From the NCBI RefSeq assembly GCF_036365525.1, contig NC_090418.1:10788856-10852855 (forward strand): a DNA stretch of 64,000 nt, in the 5' to 3' direction. The position numbers were made by a program, and so were the translations under genes. The notes beneath the pieces are model-generated. The model worked only from the letters and a program-made list of their open reading frames with translations. It did no database searches and was not told where the DNA came from. Positions 38,381 through 52,604 of the stretch are shown one piece after another (position 1 is the stretch's first letter; each line of letters starts with the position of its first letter). The stretch comes from Heterodontus francisci. Taxonomy: Eukaryota.

Positions 38381-40111
38381 ACTCAAACCAGGTGTGTGTC
38401 GATCTGTTTAAATTAAATAAAACCAGAGATTCAATATTTACAATGCTACACCACTCTGCTATTGTGATCCCAGTGCAAGTTACATGTGTACTTTGGGGCC
38501 TAGTTATGGCCTGTGACTTGGAGTTGGTGACATGCACTGGGAGATTGCTTTAGCACAATGCAGTAAACAGCCCATAATAGAACAATTCACACCTAGAGCA
38601 ATGCTAGGAGCAACAAGAGTCCATTTGATGAAAACCCTCAGACTGGAGGCACAGGGAAACAGTTAAAAATTACTAAAAATGACAGTCTCAGCTGAGACTA
38701 TGGAGTCAGGAATAATGTGACAAGGAGACAATTGGTTCTGTGCTTGGGGTGAAAACACAGCTGTTAGACATCACTGAGTTTATTTCAGCAAGACTGCTGT
38801 ACAAAGTAATATGGATCTGGGTTATTTTTTAAACTGGACCTAGAAAAGGAAGTTTTATTTCAGATTTTAAAGGTCATACTTTCCAAGTTACTTTCTTTGG
38901 AATGTAAAACTTTGAGGCCAGCTGTAAACAGCATCAAAAAAAAAAAAAAAGTATCAAAGTAAGCAGTGGTCAGACTGGGTAAGAGGAAGCCAGAGAGAAA
39001 AAAAGTCAGCCCACCTGTAGGCCACATTGTCTGAGCTTCAACCACCGTGTGCTGGAGTGAGGGGGAAAAAAAGTTGCAAATCCCATCCCAAATTATATTC
39101 TTTGTCTTCATTCATTATGGGGGGGTCTCAGCCATTTTAGTCAGTACAAGAATGCAGATATCCTTCTGTTCTCCCACCAAGCATAGAGGCCCCACTCGGG
39201 ACTGGTGGGATTGGGAGGGGGTCCATTAAAAGCTCACCTTGTTCTGAGTCCAAACCCAGACAGACACGAGCAAGGGCTGTAAAGAACTCCGTGCAGGAGA
39301 TTAAACTATATTTTTCCCCTCCCTTGGAGGCTGCAAAGCACAGAGTTAGCAGCTCCTTTCCTTCCTCCTCCCTCTAAGAATCCAACCAGTTCAAATCCTA
39401 TGTTCTGCCATCATTTGATTCACAAGGGTTCAGCTGTACCCTACACCCTAGGGAATTGAGATCCAAGCACTGAGCTCCCAGTTGTTCCCAGTCAACCTGC
39501 AGGTGAAATGCTACAAGCTCACTCCTACCCTAGTCCATGCAGCCAGCTCCAAGATACTAGACCTAGTGAGTCAATGCTCCTACCTGTTGAAGGGGGATGG
39601 GATTCCATTGGAAGCATTCCTGGAAGGTCAGCTGAAAGTCACTTCCTGCTATAACCTGGGGTCATTTGAGTGTCATAGAAGTTGCTTTTAGCAGTTGACC
39701 CCAAACTAGAAGTTTGGGAATTTCTAGTACGAGTATAGCAGCTACACAAAACTAAAGAGAATAGTTTGGATCCAGTCTGCACTAATTCAGGAGAACTGCA
39801 CACAACTAGACTTCACTGAACTGCATGTGAGGCCTGTGCAGTTGCCATAGACACCATCCAAACATCTCCTAGGTAAACTATTAGCAGCCATTATTCCACT
39901 AGTTTCCTTGATAGGTAGGTGCTTGATGGCTGGCACAGACAGGATGGGCCAAAGGGCCTGTTTCTGTGCTGTATGACTGACTATGACTAACTGATGGAAC
40001 ATTACCAAGTGCTAAACAGTATTTTACACTGTCTCCAACCCACAGAATATAAAGTGACAAATCAGTTACTAGGCACAGGATACAACTACTGCTTTATTGA
40101 TCATTTGATAA

Positions 40112-43100
40112 CTAGTTGATGAGAGTTTGCTTGCGATTCCTGTACTGGAACAAGGCTATCAATGAAGCAGAGATCAGACAGACAGCTGTCACAGTCAGGG
40201 CCACAATTAGGACCACCTCAGACTCCACACCTACAAAAGCAACGAGAAACCAATGGTTAGTGAAGGAAACACTGAAGGGAAAATGGAAACTAGCAGTCAG
40301 CCAACTCACCACCTGGAGATCTCTCCTGCAGCCTTCGCTCAACCTCATTCAGGGACTCCATTGCCAGGTCAGTCACCTCAGTATCCAGAATGACCAGGGG
40401 TCCAAGTGAGGCCTCACCCTCCCACTTCAATCCAGCTTCACTCTCTGCAATATCAAACATGCCAGTTAGAGGGGATAAAGGGAGATCTCCCACATCTAAA
40501 GGATTAAAGTCCTACCAGCTTCAGGTACAAGATCCCTCCTTCCTCTGGAAGGAAATCGGAACTCCCTTGTGGCACCACAGTTACCCACATGGCAACAGGC
40601 ACAAATGTCATGGTTAGATTCCTCCAATGGGGTCCAGCTAAACAAGAAACAGTTGATCAACCAGGTTGTTAATCACTTCTCCATACAACACCCTGAAGGA
40701 GTCAGAAAGTCAACTTACACATTCTGTATCTTTTGGAAAGTACAAGCTTTGTTCATGGAGTCTCTCCGATCCACTGGAGCAACTTTCAGGTGACAGGTGA
40801 TGAAAATCTGAGGACACATTCAACACAAATTTATTGACTCCCTCCCAACATTGCGGCAAGTAGCCAATTTGTTAACCTGTTAATTTGTTAATCAGAATGG
40901 ACAAAATTAAAAAATTAAATTGAAATATGAAGGAAAGCAGGTTCAAGGACTGATGCTGGGACTTTGTACAAGTGACTGGAACTTCGAATAGACTGCATTT
41001 GTAAAATTTGCAGACAAATTTATGTTATAGTTAGAGGAGAATATAACAAAGTACAAGATGAAAAACTTGCAAAATGGATGTGCAATTGCTCCAGTATCAT
41101 TAAGCACAAGGACATACATTTTATCCTGAGGCCAATCTTCCCAGATTATAAGTGGCTGAGGGACTGGGAACAGACCACTTAGTGGAAGTTAATAAGGCCA
41201 ATTAAAAAAAAAAAAGTCAAAGAGTTAGAATTGGTAAGCAAAGAAGTGGTCTAGAACCTTTTGTTAAACTATGAAGTGTTGTGTATTGTTGTAGTGGCAT
41301 AGTTAGGTTATCAAGATTGAGTGTCTGGATAAGGTCAACTAAACACAAGCCTCTCGAGCTAGCATTCTTGGTGCTGCTAGTTTCTTCTGAAGCCCATTAC
41401 AATATGACTGTTACATCACCTCTACAGAGAAGGGTTGTTCTCTGTCCAACATTAACCTTCATTTTCTTAATAGAGGGAATACGAGGAACAGTTCAGGTTC
41501 TGAATTAGGGAAAGGGTGAAGAACTGGACAGTGCCAAAAACCCCACTTAGGATCAGACCAAAACCAAGCTTACATCCATTAGGAAAGAATTAACAGACTG
41601 GGACTCAAAAGGCTACAGTGACCCAAGAAGTCTTCAATGAAAAAGGGTAGATGTAGACAAGATGCTGCATTTGGAGACCAGAACTAGGGGTCATTAATAA
41701 GTCACTAAATACCAGATCACAAATTCAGGAAAGCTTTATCCTTATATAGAGTGGAACTCAATGCCACAAAGTAGTTAAGGAAAAATCACAGATGCTACTT
41801 AAGGGAATCTAAAGAACCACTTGAAGGAAGGAATAGGAGCTCATGTTAGGAGAGAGGAGGGCAGTTTAAGAGACACGTAGTCAGCATGGACAAGTTGACC
41901 TGAATGTGCAGTACTGTGTAATGATCAGCTTCCTCTTACCAAGGAACGGTCATCTCCAAAGAAGCGGAAAGCATCCAGGTCAAACTGGATCTTGTCCAGC
42001 TCACGCTCGTCTCTTGGCAACACGAAGGTTGAAAAGGAGTCCTCAGCTTTGCTGTCCAGGAGGCAACTGGAGAAAGATTCAAAAAGGGACATGAAGGGAA
42101 TCAAGTGAAGCCATGGAGATGGGAGCAGCTGGAGAAAGCAGAGAGCTCCTTACCCATTGTAGTCAATGATGCTGTATCTCAGGGTGGAATCCTTGTCTGG
42201 GCTCAATGTAGCTACACAGCGGTCAATGTAGAGCTTCAGGGGCATGTGGTTGGTCATTGAAACAGAGGCCTCAATGTGAATGAGGTCACCCAGGTAGTAG
42301 ACAGTCGAGGTGCGCTCTGTAAGCCAGTCATCTGAAGTACAAGACGACAAGGGTTAGAGACAGTGGGTACAACTCCCAGTGGGTGAGTACAGGAAATCAC
42401 TCCCCATCCACCCATCACATACCATTCATTAGGCGCAGTGAGAATGACAGATGCCCTTCTCCAGACTTGGTGGAGCTGAATGGGATCCAGGTGGGCTTGA
42501 TGGGGTTACTGCTCACATTGTCCTTCCTGGAAGGATAGGAGAGTTATGCTAGGATATCAGAACTTGAATTAGATTGAAAACTAAATTCACTCAACTTACC
42601 TAAAATAATGACACTCAATGGGAATGACAGCTCCATTTGTTCTCACAATGACAGATCCATGATACTGGGGGGTGTGGTTGAGGTGGGTGGTGTAGACCAG
42701 GAAATCTCCAGCCATCTGAAAGAAATCAAGTTAAGAAATTAACATTCAGATGATTCAGATTGTTGGAGAAAAACTTACAGGACTTGACAGTAAGTTGAAA
42801 AGAAACTTCATCTGGCTAGAAAATTTAGAACTAGGGTCAGCTATTTAGGACCAAGGAAATAGATTCATTCAGTTGAAAATCTTACACTGGAGATGATTAT
42901 GCTTATTTGGGCATATGAAAGCAAGAGATTTTTAGGCAAAGAACAAACAATGTTATTGAATGGCCAATCACACTGCAGTAGTTTAACAGACTGATTTCAT
43001 AAATCCAAATTGTGCTACTTCAGCAGTTAACCTGGAGAGCATAATGAGTAGAAGTGTGACTGAATGAAAGAATGGCTTCACTTTAAATAAAGGAAGAAAT

Positions 43101-43913
43101 CTCTTGTTCAAAATTAGGAACAATGAACAGGCTAGTTTTGCACTTCATTTAATCCAAGTATGATCATAGGGAAATTAAGCATGGAGCTCCCTTCAAGAGC
43201 ACCACATCTCATTTAATCCAAATTTTTGCTCAAATAAAAGAGTCAGATTAACTTACTTAAAACTTGAATTCAAGTTGAGAAGCCACAAAACACACAATGA
43301 AAAGCTTGAAGGAACCGGGGGAAAAAAAGGTACCAAACCAATATCAAGGTTACAATACCTACATCAAGACACAATATATTAATTGAAATAAAGTTTGAGG
43401 TTTTATAAAGGGACAAGACCAGATTTAATAATAACATTTCACTAAGTATTGAAAAGGAGAGAGTGGAAAACTTACACACCAGACTTAGAACAAGAGTCAA
43501 GGACTCATTACCTGCAATCTGCTGCCACAGTCATGGAGCCCATAGTCAAAGAGGACAGTGTGGTTCTGAGAGTAGATCCTGGTCGGCCGACAACCTGCTG
43601 TCCCCAGGGTCAGGTCAGCAGCTTTAATCAGGTGCCTGGTTCCAAATAAATCCATCTGGACCCTGACCAGCAGGTTCTGCTCTCCACACTGCACCATCAC
43701 AGTCTGCAGTGGAAACACACTTCGACCCTCAGACACATGGAAATGGGAACCAAAGGGAGACCCAGTTGGAGAGACTCTCTGAGGCACAGGGGTGGCTTTT
43801 ACTATTGTCCATGGAAACCTCTGGTCTCGAAACTGTTGCCAAGTATCAGAGCAACAGACAACTCCAACTAACACCAGCACTAGGAACAAACCCCTCATTA
43901 CAAAATCCCCCAT
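40112..43913 (-). CDS. zp3: ZP3-like copy 3, 9 exons, 463 aa, enlarged intron 5
   Basis: Exons 43913-43512, 42715-42600, 42526-42423, 42331-42154, 42066-41940, 40807-40719, 40637-40516, 40444-40310, 40230-40112. GT-AG and in frame. Confidence 0.92.
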
Positions 43914-44150
43914 GATACCAAACAACTCAACCATCCCTTCACCCACCAACCAGCTCCTTTTATACACACAACCTGCAGTCACCTGACACCAATGATCCCA
44001 GAAGCAGCAACATTGAGCCAATTAACCAGCCCCAATCTCCACAATTTACACCCAATGACAGAACCCATGGATTTATTGCTGGGTGGGTCCTCTCCACACA
44101 GGGACTCATTAAAGAATTTGCCCTGATCCAATGGGATTATTATCTGAATG
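43914..44150 (-). promoter_or_regulatory. ZP3 copy 3 promoter (type B)
   Basis: TATAAAA at 43964-43958 with proximal E-box and CCAAT. Distal part matches copy 4 and lacks the tandem E-boxes. Confidence 0.65.
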
Positions 44151-44909
44151 GGCATTTTCTTGGTTATATGGTTACTCTATGGTCATCACAACAAGTATAC
44201 CTCACCGGGCACCACAAATATGAGATGGTTCAATCAGACTGAAAATTTGCCAAAATAAGCATCACGTTTGAGCAAAATCATAAGGATTTCCTCTCACCTT
44301 AATCAGAATGTTATTCTTGATGTCTGCAAGACACTCCACACCTTGCAGTGCCCACCAGTCATTGGAGGCATTCCCCCTCTCCAGGGACATCCAAGCACAG
44401 GTAAAACTGCAGAACAGAGGCAGGCAGGGAGACTCCCTCCCCTCTCCCGCCTAGCCCCCATGGGGCCCACCAGTCCTGGATCTACAAATTGCTGTTTTAG
44501 GGCAGGTCCAGATGCAGACAAGAAGATCCTTCAACTTGCAAACCCCCACCCCTCTCATCCAGGCATCGAAAGATTAGCAGAGTGGGGTTAAAATGTAGCT
44601 AAATGTTAAGGAGCCCCCCTTTTCAGGGGTTGCAACCTCACAAACACTTCTACTGCTTTTTACTAATTTTTAGAGGATTATATCACCAATCAGAATCACT
44701 GAAATCACATGTACCCCTTTATAATCTGGTACTCATTGTTGAAGTACTTTTAAGAGTCATAATGGCACAGAAGGGGGCCATTCAGCCCATAGGGTGCATG
44801 CTGGCTCTCTGTAGAGCAACCCAGTCCCATTCCCTGGGCTATCCCTATAGCTCTGAAAGTGCCCATCCAATTTCCTTTTGAAATTATTCATCGTCTCCCC
44901 TTCACCCAA

Positions 44910-45420
44910 GAAACCTGCCAAGTTATAAGTGCCAGCAGTCGCGGAAGGCCTCAGGGGTACCGACATGCCTCTCCAGGGGCACTCGGGCATGGCCGTAACC
45001 GTGGAAGAGGGCAGCTCTCTGGGGGACGGGTCCACTTGACCGGGCGCTGGACGGACCTGTTAATGGCCCCCTTGGCCAGGCCCAGGAGCAACGCCACAAG
45101 GGGATCCTCTGACATGTCCACTTCTCTTCTCCTCACAGGGTGGCCAATGCTCAGGAACCTGGGACTGAAATGCAGCGAAAAATTGAGACAGTGCAGGAGT
45201 AGCAATCTCACACTCAGAATAAACACGAACCACAGACTTCTCCCAGGCAGCCTGGGAGTCTGTGAGGATGTTTGAAAGCCCGTTGCACGCAACCACTCCT
45301 GTAATGTTCACACCAGATTCCCAATGGTGCAAGGGGACGGGTCCCACAGAAAGAGCCCTCTTCTGGGGCTACCAGTATCCGCAGGGTAGCAAGACAGAAC
45401 AGCAGATTGTGTTGGGAGGG
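44910..45420 (-). mobile_element. Tx1/L1-clade LINE ORF2 C-terminal fragment (with a short CR1 tail at about 44755-44900)
   Basis: SVVRVYSECE and FSLHFSPRFLSIGHPV...DPLVALLLGLAKGAINRS resemble the Tx1 ORF2 C-terminus. Confidence 0.65.
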
Positions 45421-45649
45421 GAGACAAGGGGGAGGAAGTCTGAAAGTGTGTATAAGAGGCCTATACAGGAAACCCTCTCTGCGTCCTGTGCAGCAGGAAA
45501 AAAGAAGGAAATTTCCCAGTTCAGCGATGGATCAATTTGCTTCAACTATATGGAGACCGATGACATTTCCACTCCACCTGATCCGTGCAGTGTCCCTTGG
45601 AACCACACTCTGAGTGTGAAGCACTTCTGACAGCCAATCACCAAGAACA

Positions 45650-45874
45650 ACAATCCCATTGGATCAGGGCGAATTCTTTAATAAACCCCTGTGTGGAAGA
45701 GTCTCCTGGCAATAAATCCATGAGTTCTGTCATTGGGTGGAAATTGTGGAGATTGGGGCTGGTTAATTGGCTCAATGTTGCTACTTCTGGGATCATTGGT
45801 GTCAGGTGACTGCAGGTTGTGTGTATAAAAGGAGCTGGTTGGTGGGTGAAGGGATGGTTGAGTTGTTTGGTATC
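45650..45874 (+). promoter_or_regulatory. ZP3 copy 4 promoter (type B)
   Basis: ATTGG boxes, CAGGTG at 45803-45808, TATAAAA at 45824-45830. Confidence 0.65.
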
Positions 45875-48687
45875 ATGGGTGATTTTGTAATGAGGGGTTT
45901 GTTCCCAGTGCTGGTGTTAGTTGGAGTTGTCTGTTGCTCTGATACTTGGCAACAGTTTCGAGACCAGAGGTTTTCATGGAGAAGAGTAAAAGCCACCCCT
46001 GTGCCTCAGAGAGTCCCTCCAACTGGGCCTCCCTTTGGTTCCCATTTCCGTGTGTCTGAGGGTCGAAGTGTGTCTCCACTGCAGACTGTGACGGTGCAGT
46101 GTGGAGAGCAGAACCTGCTGGTCAGGGTCCAGATGGATTTATTTGGAACCAGGCACCTGATTAAAGCTGCTGACCTGACCCTGGGGACAGCAGGTTGTCG
46201 GCCGACCAGGATCTACTCTCAGAACCACACTGTCCTCTTTGACTATGGGCTCCATGAGTGTGGCAGCAGATTGCAGGTAATGTCTTTAACTTGTGTTATA
46301 AACTTGATGTAGATTGTTCCCCTCTTTTCATTTTAATACTTGACAAAGAGATGCCTGTTTTGTAAACATTAAACCTGATTCAATTGTCCTTTGTTTTATC
46401 AGGTCACCTGGTTAATCCAGTGTTGACTATCAACCCCATTGGTCTTATCCTTCACTTGGTTTTTCCAAGCTTTTCCTACTGTACGCTTTGTCTTGTGGGT
46501 TTTTAGATTGAATGTTAAAATCTGAATATTGAATTCAATCTCACTGACTTTTTGTGAATAAATTGTAGAATTAAATGTGATTTGAAGGGAGCCTCCTGGT
46601 GATTAGAATGCTTGGATTAAATGAAGGCAAACCTTCTGTTAATACTTCCAAATTACTGCCAGTTTGTGTTTCCTTTAACTGTTCAGTGAAGCTGTCCTTT
46701 TCATTGATTCACTTTGCTTTTGGTCAGTCCTTCATGCTTGCCTGTTCTCCTCACATTAACATCTGTGGTGGTAATGGCCAACTATTGGACAATCTACAGC
46801 ACAGTGTGTAGAGCCTTGGAGACTGACCTCAGTTAATAAGATTGTGGCTGAAATTCCACACTAACTCCACTTTCCGACTCAGTCCCCATGTTGCTTGATT
46901 TACTTTAGCCCAAGAACTATTCTATTTTGAATGTACTCAACTGAGCACAACTTCCAGTGAGATTGGAAAGTCCAAAAAAAAATCTATGGCATGATTAGCC
47001 GACCTTGTTCTAGTCAAAGGAATAGCCTCTTGGTATTTACCCAGCAAACTCAGTTTGAGAACCTCCCTCATTCCTCTAAACTCATTAGCCAAACATTCTC
47101 TTCTTTCCTGATGTCTGTCTTTCAGATGGTTGGAGATTTCCTGGTCTACACCACCCACCTGAACCACACCCCCCAGTATCATGGATCTGTCATTGTGAGA
47201 ACAAATGGAGCTGTCATTCCCATTGAGTGTTATTATTTTAGGTGAGAATATTTACTTGATTGTGGATATGATCTAGAGCTGGTTTTTATCAATTTGTCCT
47301 AAAATGACTCTCCTGTCCTTCCAGGAAGGGCAATGTGAGCAGTAACCCCATCAAGCCCACCTGGATCCCATTCAGCTCCACCAAGTCTGGAGAAGGGCAT
47401 CTGTCATTCTCACTGCGCCTAATGAATGGTATGTGATGGGTGGATGGGGAGTGATTTCCTGTACTCACCCACTGGGAGTTGTACCCACTGTCTCCAACCC
47501 TTGTCCTCTTGTACTTCAGATGACTGGCTTACAGAGCGCACCTCGACTGTCTACTACCTGGGTGACCTCATTCACATTGAAGCCTCTGTTTCAATGACCA
47601 ACCACATGCCCCTGAAGCTCTACATTGACCGCTGTGTAGCTACATTGAGCCCAGACAAGGATTCCACCCCGAGATACAGCATCATTGACTACAATGGGTA
47701 AGGAGCTCTCTGCTTTCTCCAGCTGCTCCCATCTCAATGGCTTCACTTGATTCACTTCATGTCCCTTTTTGAATCTTTCTCCAGTTGCCTCCTGGACAGC
47801 AAAGCTGAGGACTCCTTTTCAACCTTCGTGTTGCCAAGAGACGAGCGTGAGCTGGACAAGCTCCGGTTTGACCTGGATGCTTTCCGCTTCTTTGGAGATG
47901 AACGTTCCTTGGTAAGAGGAATATGGTTCATTCATTGGGTTTTTCATGTTGGGAGGGAGTCACTAAATAATTTGTGTTGAAATTTATCCCACAGATTTTC
48001 ATCACCTGTCACCTGAAAGTTGCTGCAGTGGATCGGAGAGATTCCATGAACAAAGCTTGTACTTTCCAAAAGATGCAGAATGTGTAAGTTTGTTTTTCTT
48101 CACACGCATGTATGAAAGGTGATGGACAACCTGGTTGATCAACTGTTTCTTATTTAGCTGGACCCCATTGAAGCAATCCAACAATGACATTTGTGCCTGT
48201 TGCCATGTGGGTAACTGTGGTGCCACAAGGGAGTTCCGATTTCCTTCCAGAGGAAGGAGGGATCTTGTACCTGAAGCTGGTAGGACATTGATCCTCTAGA
48301 TGTGGGAGGTCTCCCTTTACCCCCTCTAACTGGCATGTTTGATATTGCAGAGAGTGAAGCTGGATTGAAGTGGGAGGGTGAGGCCTCACTTGGACCCCTG
48401 GTCATTCTGGATACTGAGGTAACTGACCTGGCAACGGAGTCCTTGAATGAGGTTGAGCGAAGGCTGCAGGAGAGATCTCCAGGTGGTGAGTTGGCTGACT
48501 GCTAGTTTCCATTTTCCCTCAGTGTTTCCTTCACTAACCATTGGTTTCTCATTGCTTTGTAGGTGTGGAGTCTGAGGTGGTCCTGATTGTGGCCCTGACT
48601 GTGACAGCTGTCTGTCTGATCTCTGCTTCATTGATAGCCTTGTTCCTGTACAGGAAACACAAGCAAACTCCATTCAATCAATTATGA
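45875..48687 (+). CDS. zp3: ZP3-like copy 4, 9 exons, 465 aa
   Basis: Exons 45875-46276, 47126-47241, 47325-47428, 47520-47697, 47785-47911, 47995-48083, 48158-48279, 48351-48485, 48563-48687 (1398 nt). C-terminus KQTPFNQL*; AATAAA at 48695-48700. Confidence 0.93.
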
Positions 48688-50394
48688 AATGATCAATAAA
48701 GCAGTATCTTGTGTGCAAGAGCTCATTTGTCACTTTATCTTATGTGGCTGCAGACTGGGTTTTTAAATAAGTATCTCTCAGCAGCCCCCCTCTGTTCCCT
48801 GTTCGTTTAACGGAACCCAGTAACTAGTATCAAAATTACTGTCAATGCCTTACATCAGGACTGGGATGAATGTATCTATGGCAACTGTGCAACATTCACA
48901 GTACAATTCACTGACCTTTTTTAGGTGAATGCTGATTCACTGAATTAGGGCAAACTGATTCCTCCAAGCTGTTCCATTGGCTTTATATGGCTAGTGGTGA
49001 CAGGTTTTCAAATTCCATAGACTAGTTGACCAAAAGTGAAGAATTGGGGTAGAAAGATTCCTAGTTTGAGGAGCTCTGTCTGATCTCTGAAGACTGAGGC
49101 TGACCTTGAGTAGATAAGTAATTTTCACTTGGATCTGCCATGAATATTGGGGCTTTGGAATTGTACAAGTTGGAGTTGATGTAATAGGTTGCTTTAGTGC
49201 AACGTCGTAACCAGGAAGCAAATCCACTGCACTCTGCTTTCCCTAATGTGTACAAATGCCCTGCTGCTATCCTAATGAGAATAGGGCAGTAAATGTAACT
49301 CATTCTAGTGGAATGACATGTCTAAATCATGCTTACAGCTGTACTCAGTCTGGGAATAAACCTGTTCCCATTACAGGCTGGATTTGACAGCAATCTGAAC
49401 CACAAATGACCCTAGTTATAGCTGGCAGTGATCTTCAGTTCATCTTCCAGGACTACTTGTAGTAGGATTATAACTGATCCATTGGGTTTAGTATCTCAGT
49501 TGGCAGTGTGGAGTCAGACAGCATACTTGAAGCATTTCTTACTGAGACCCTTTGCTTTTTCATACTGCTGTAGATTCTATATTGCCTTATTAACCCTGCA
49601 ATGTTACTGATGACTAGTGGTAGCTGGTACTATGCAGAGCCCTATCACAATTCAGTGTTTGGCTGCATCTTCCCTTGGGTGAACAATAGAGCCTGAACTT
49701 TACTGCAAACTGGTTGCAGTTCTCCTCTGGAGAGAGGAAGAGATGGAGCTGATAATTGGTGACTTGTTTCCCCTTCCCCTGAAGATACCATTTCCTGCTC
49801 TCTCCTTGAATCCTCTGCTCTTGCCTGGTTTTGGACTGAGCACAAGGTGACCTCCTTTTAATGGAGTCTCCAGGCACTAGTGGGAGTTTAGGCCTCAATG
49901 GAAGGCAATGCCACCTGGGTCAGTTGTACTATGACCCACGGGGGAAGAGTGAACTATAAATCCAGTTCCACCGGTCATAACATAACAAATTTCCCACTTA
50001 GTGCAAGACAATTAGATACTCTTCGGCCCCAGAAAATGGCACACCGACCAGGTTTCTTTAACAAATAAGCATTTTATTCTGAAACCAAGTCTTTACTAAT
50101 CAAGTAAATCTGAGAAGTGAAAGCTCTATTTCCCTCATCCTCATGCACATACATTCAAAGAGCAGTGAACCAGGATTTTTGTTTCAGCTGTTTCATATGA
50201 AAGGAATTTAAGAAGTTCAACTGTCATGATCTGGAAGGAGGTTCTTTGGTTTGGTAAGGACTCCCAAACTCAAATAGTTAGATGCCACTCAAGTCTTTGC
50301 AGGTGAGGTTGATAAACTGCCTGATGGGTAGGTGTTCAAATGCCTTCAATGGGAGAAGGCTTCAGAGGTCTAGTATCAGGACTGCAGTAACATG

Positions 50395-50688
50395 TTTATT
50401 TATTTAGAGATACAGCATTGAAACAGGCCCTTTCGGCCCACCAAGTCTGTGGCAACCAACAACCACCCATTTATACTAACACTAGAGTAATCCCATATTC
50501 CCTACCACCTACTGACACTAGGGGCAATTTACAACAGCCAATTTACCTATCACCCACAAGTCTTTGGCTGTGGGAGGGAACCCATGCAGTCACAGGGAGA
50601 ACTTGCAAACTCCTCACAGGCAGTACCCAGAATTGAACCTGGGTCCCCAGAACTGTGAGGCTGTGGTGCTAACCACTGTGGCACCCAC
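50395..50688 (-). mobile_element. HE1-like V-SINE
   Basis: Same head, V-domain and CR1-like tail as 34245-34600, with internal deletions. Confidence 0.85.
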
Positions 50689-52604
50689 TGATGTGTTTAT
50701 TTGAAAAAAAAAGCAATATTTCTGGCCATTCAGGGTTCCTTTGAACAGTGCCACTTCATATAAGCTTTTCTTTTACAATAGCAAGGATTGTTTAATATAG
50801 ATAATACTTTTCTGGGTCATCTTCTGATCTCCAGGCGGGTTAAAATCAAATTCCAAAAAGCTTGCTTTTGACCAAAATCACTGGCGTTTTAAAAAAAAAC
50901 TTTCCAGAAGCAAGTCACATACCTAGTCTGAAATTCTGTCTTCTCAAAGGATAGCGGAGGACAAATCCCCTGCTGGTTTCCTTTAAAACTAACTGCATTC
51001 CAGTCCTTGTTACAAGTTCTGCTTCTGTTGGTCTTGTTTAATATTTCCAGATGTCTCTATGTCCAGTGAAATCCTTTACATTTTTTAAAAACTTAGAATC
51101 CTAAGTTTTAATACAAAAAAACATCCTTGTAACAGTAGCAAAAAAACAACGGAAGCATTACTTCCAAAGGAAATCTTGTACTGACTGAAAATAGCCCTTA
51201 GAGACCCCAAGTATGAAGATAGGGGTTAAAATGACTATGTTCCAGGTTTAAAACTTAGTTCCTCTCTCACCAGTGCACTTATCACTCAAGAACATGAATA
51301 TTTGGTGACAGTAGTGACGTTGGAAGCTCACTGGCTGGATATGGGTCCTGCAGGTGGGTTGATTCACACCCCTCCTCCTAACCCCCTCCAGGTGATCTGT
51401 GCCCATCCTGAATGCTGTTTATTTTGCCTCCTTATATGATGCTGTTTGCCAACTGGAAATCTAATTTTCAAGCTGCAGCAATAACTGCCAGAAATGGTCA
51501 AATGAAAATATAACTAAAACAAAACCTGGTCATTTTCTGGCTCCACTAAATAAACCCAGCTTCCACAGTAACTAGAGTATAGGTTACCATGATAAAACCT
51601 CCCGTGATGTTAGACGACAGAGCATTTTCAAAGCACTGAACAAACTCTCCCTATCACATCTGTCCCTGACTCCAGCTGTACGATGGTCTGAGCTGCGAGG
51701 CTAATTTGTTATGTTGAAGTAAGTTTGAACTGTTTCTCTGAGTGATCCCAGTCTGAGGGTTGTCATTTAATAGACTCTTGTTGCTTCTCCCACTGCTCTG
51801 GGTATTAATTGCTCCATTGTGGGCTATCTCCCTAGTTACTGCATTGCCCAAAAGCAACCGTCCATTATAATGTCATCAACTCCAAGTTACAGACAATTCC
51901 TAGGCCCCAATATTCACGAGAGGTCCTAGTGTACGTTACAACAGTACAGCGGAATGAAATTCTATATAAATGTTTAAATTAAATAAAACTTATCACCCTC
52001 CTAATGTCACTCCTGATATTATTGGCAAAGCCTCTGTAACCAAAAGAGTGATAGAGATGGTCAGACAAAACCAACTAATTGTATTCACACTGAAGATCAT
52101 CATCACAAATTGACTCTATTCAGATCTGAAGAACATAAACCTTCACAAGACAAGTGTTGGGCACAACCCAGAATGTTTCTTCAAAGTATATCCTGGGGGG
52201 AGGGGGAAGGGGGGAGAGAAATAAAAGTTTCCGACTTGATGTGAGTGCAGGTGCATTGATGAATAAACCGTTGCTGTTCTGTGTAATGGTTTTCCAGGGT
52301 GGCAGGGCTGAACTGGTGTAACAGTGTCAGCAGAGAATAGGGAAATGGACCCAAAAAGGAGCTCTCCGATTCCACTCAAGCTGTGCTGGACCTCGCTTGG
52401 AGATGTTTGATTCTGTCTTGGGAAACAAAGAGCAAATACATATTAGTGATAAATGTGTTGGAGGATTGATGAAAACATGTCCACTCAGAGTGAGAGTTCA
52501 CTTAAGTTTATTAGTATAAATTTTATTCACATTGAGGTGAGGGACCACAGTGCTGGAGAATGGGATATGTTCCTTGAAACTGGAGTGTCAGAATGAACCA
52601 CTCG

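Noticed and set aside
45767-45874. N-terminal extension MAQCC...GEGMVELFGI in the exon 1 ORFs of all ZP3 copies
   Set aside because: It begins upstream of the TATA box. The ATG at 45875 (and equivalents) has good context and directly precedes the signal peptide.
49925-51133. Possible solo LTR (tgtac...gtaaca) hosting the SINE at 50395
   Set aside because: Only the termini are suggestive; there is no TSD or second copy in the window.
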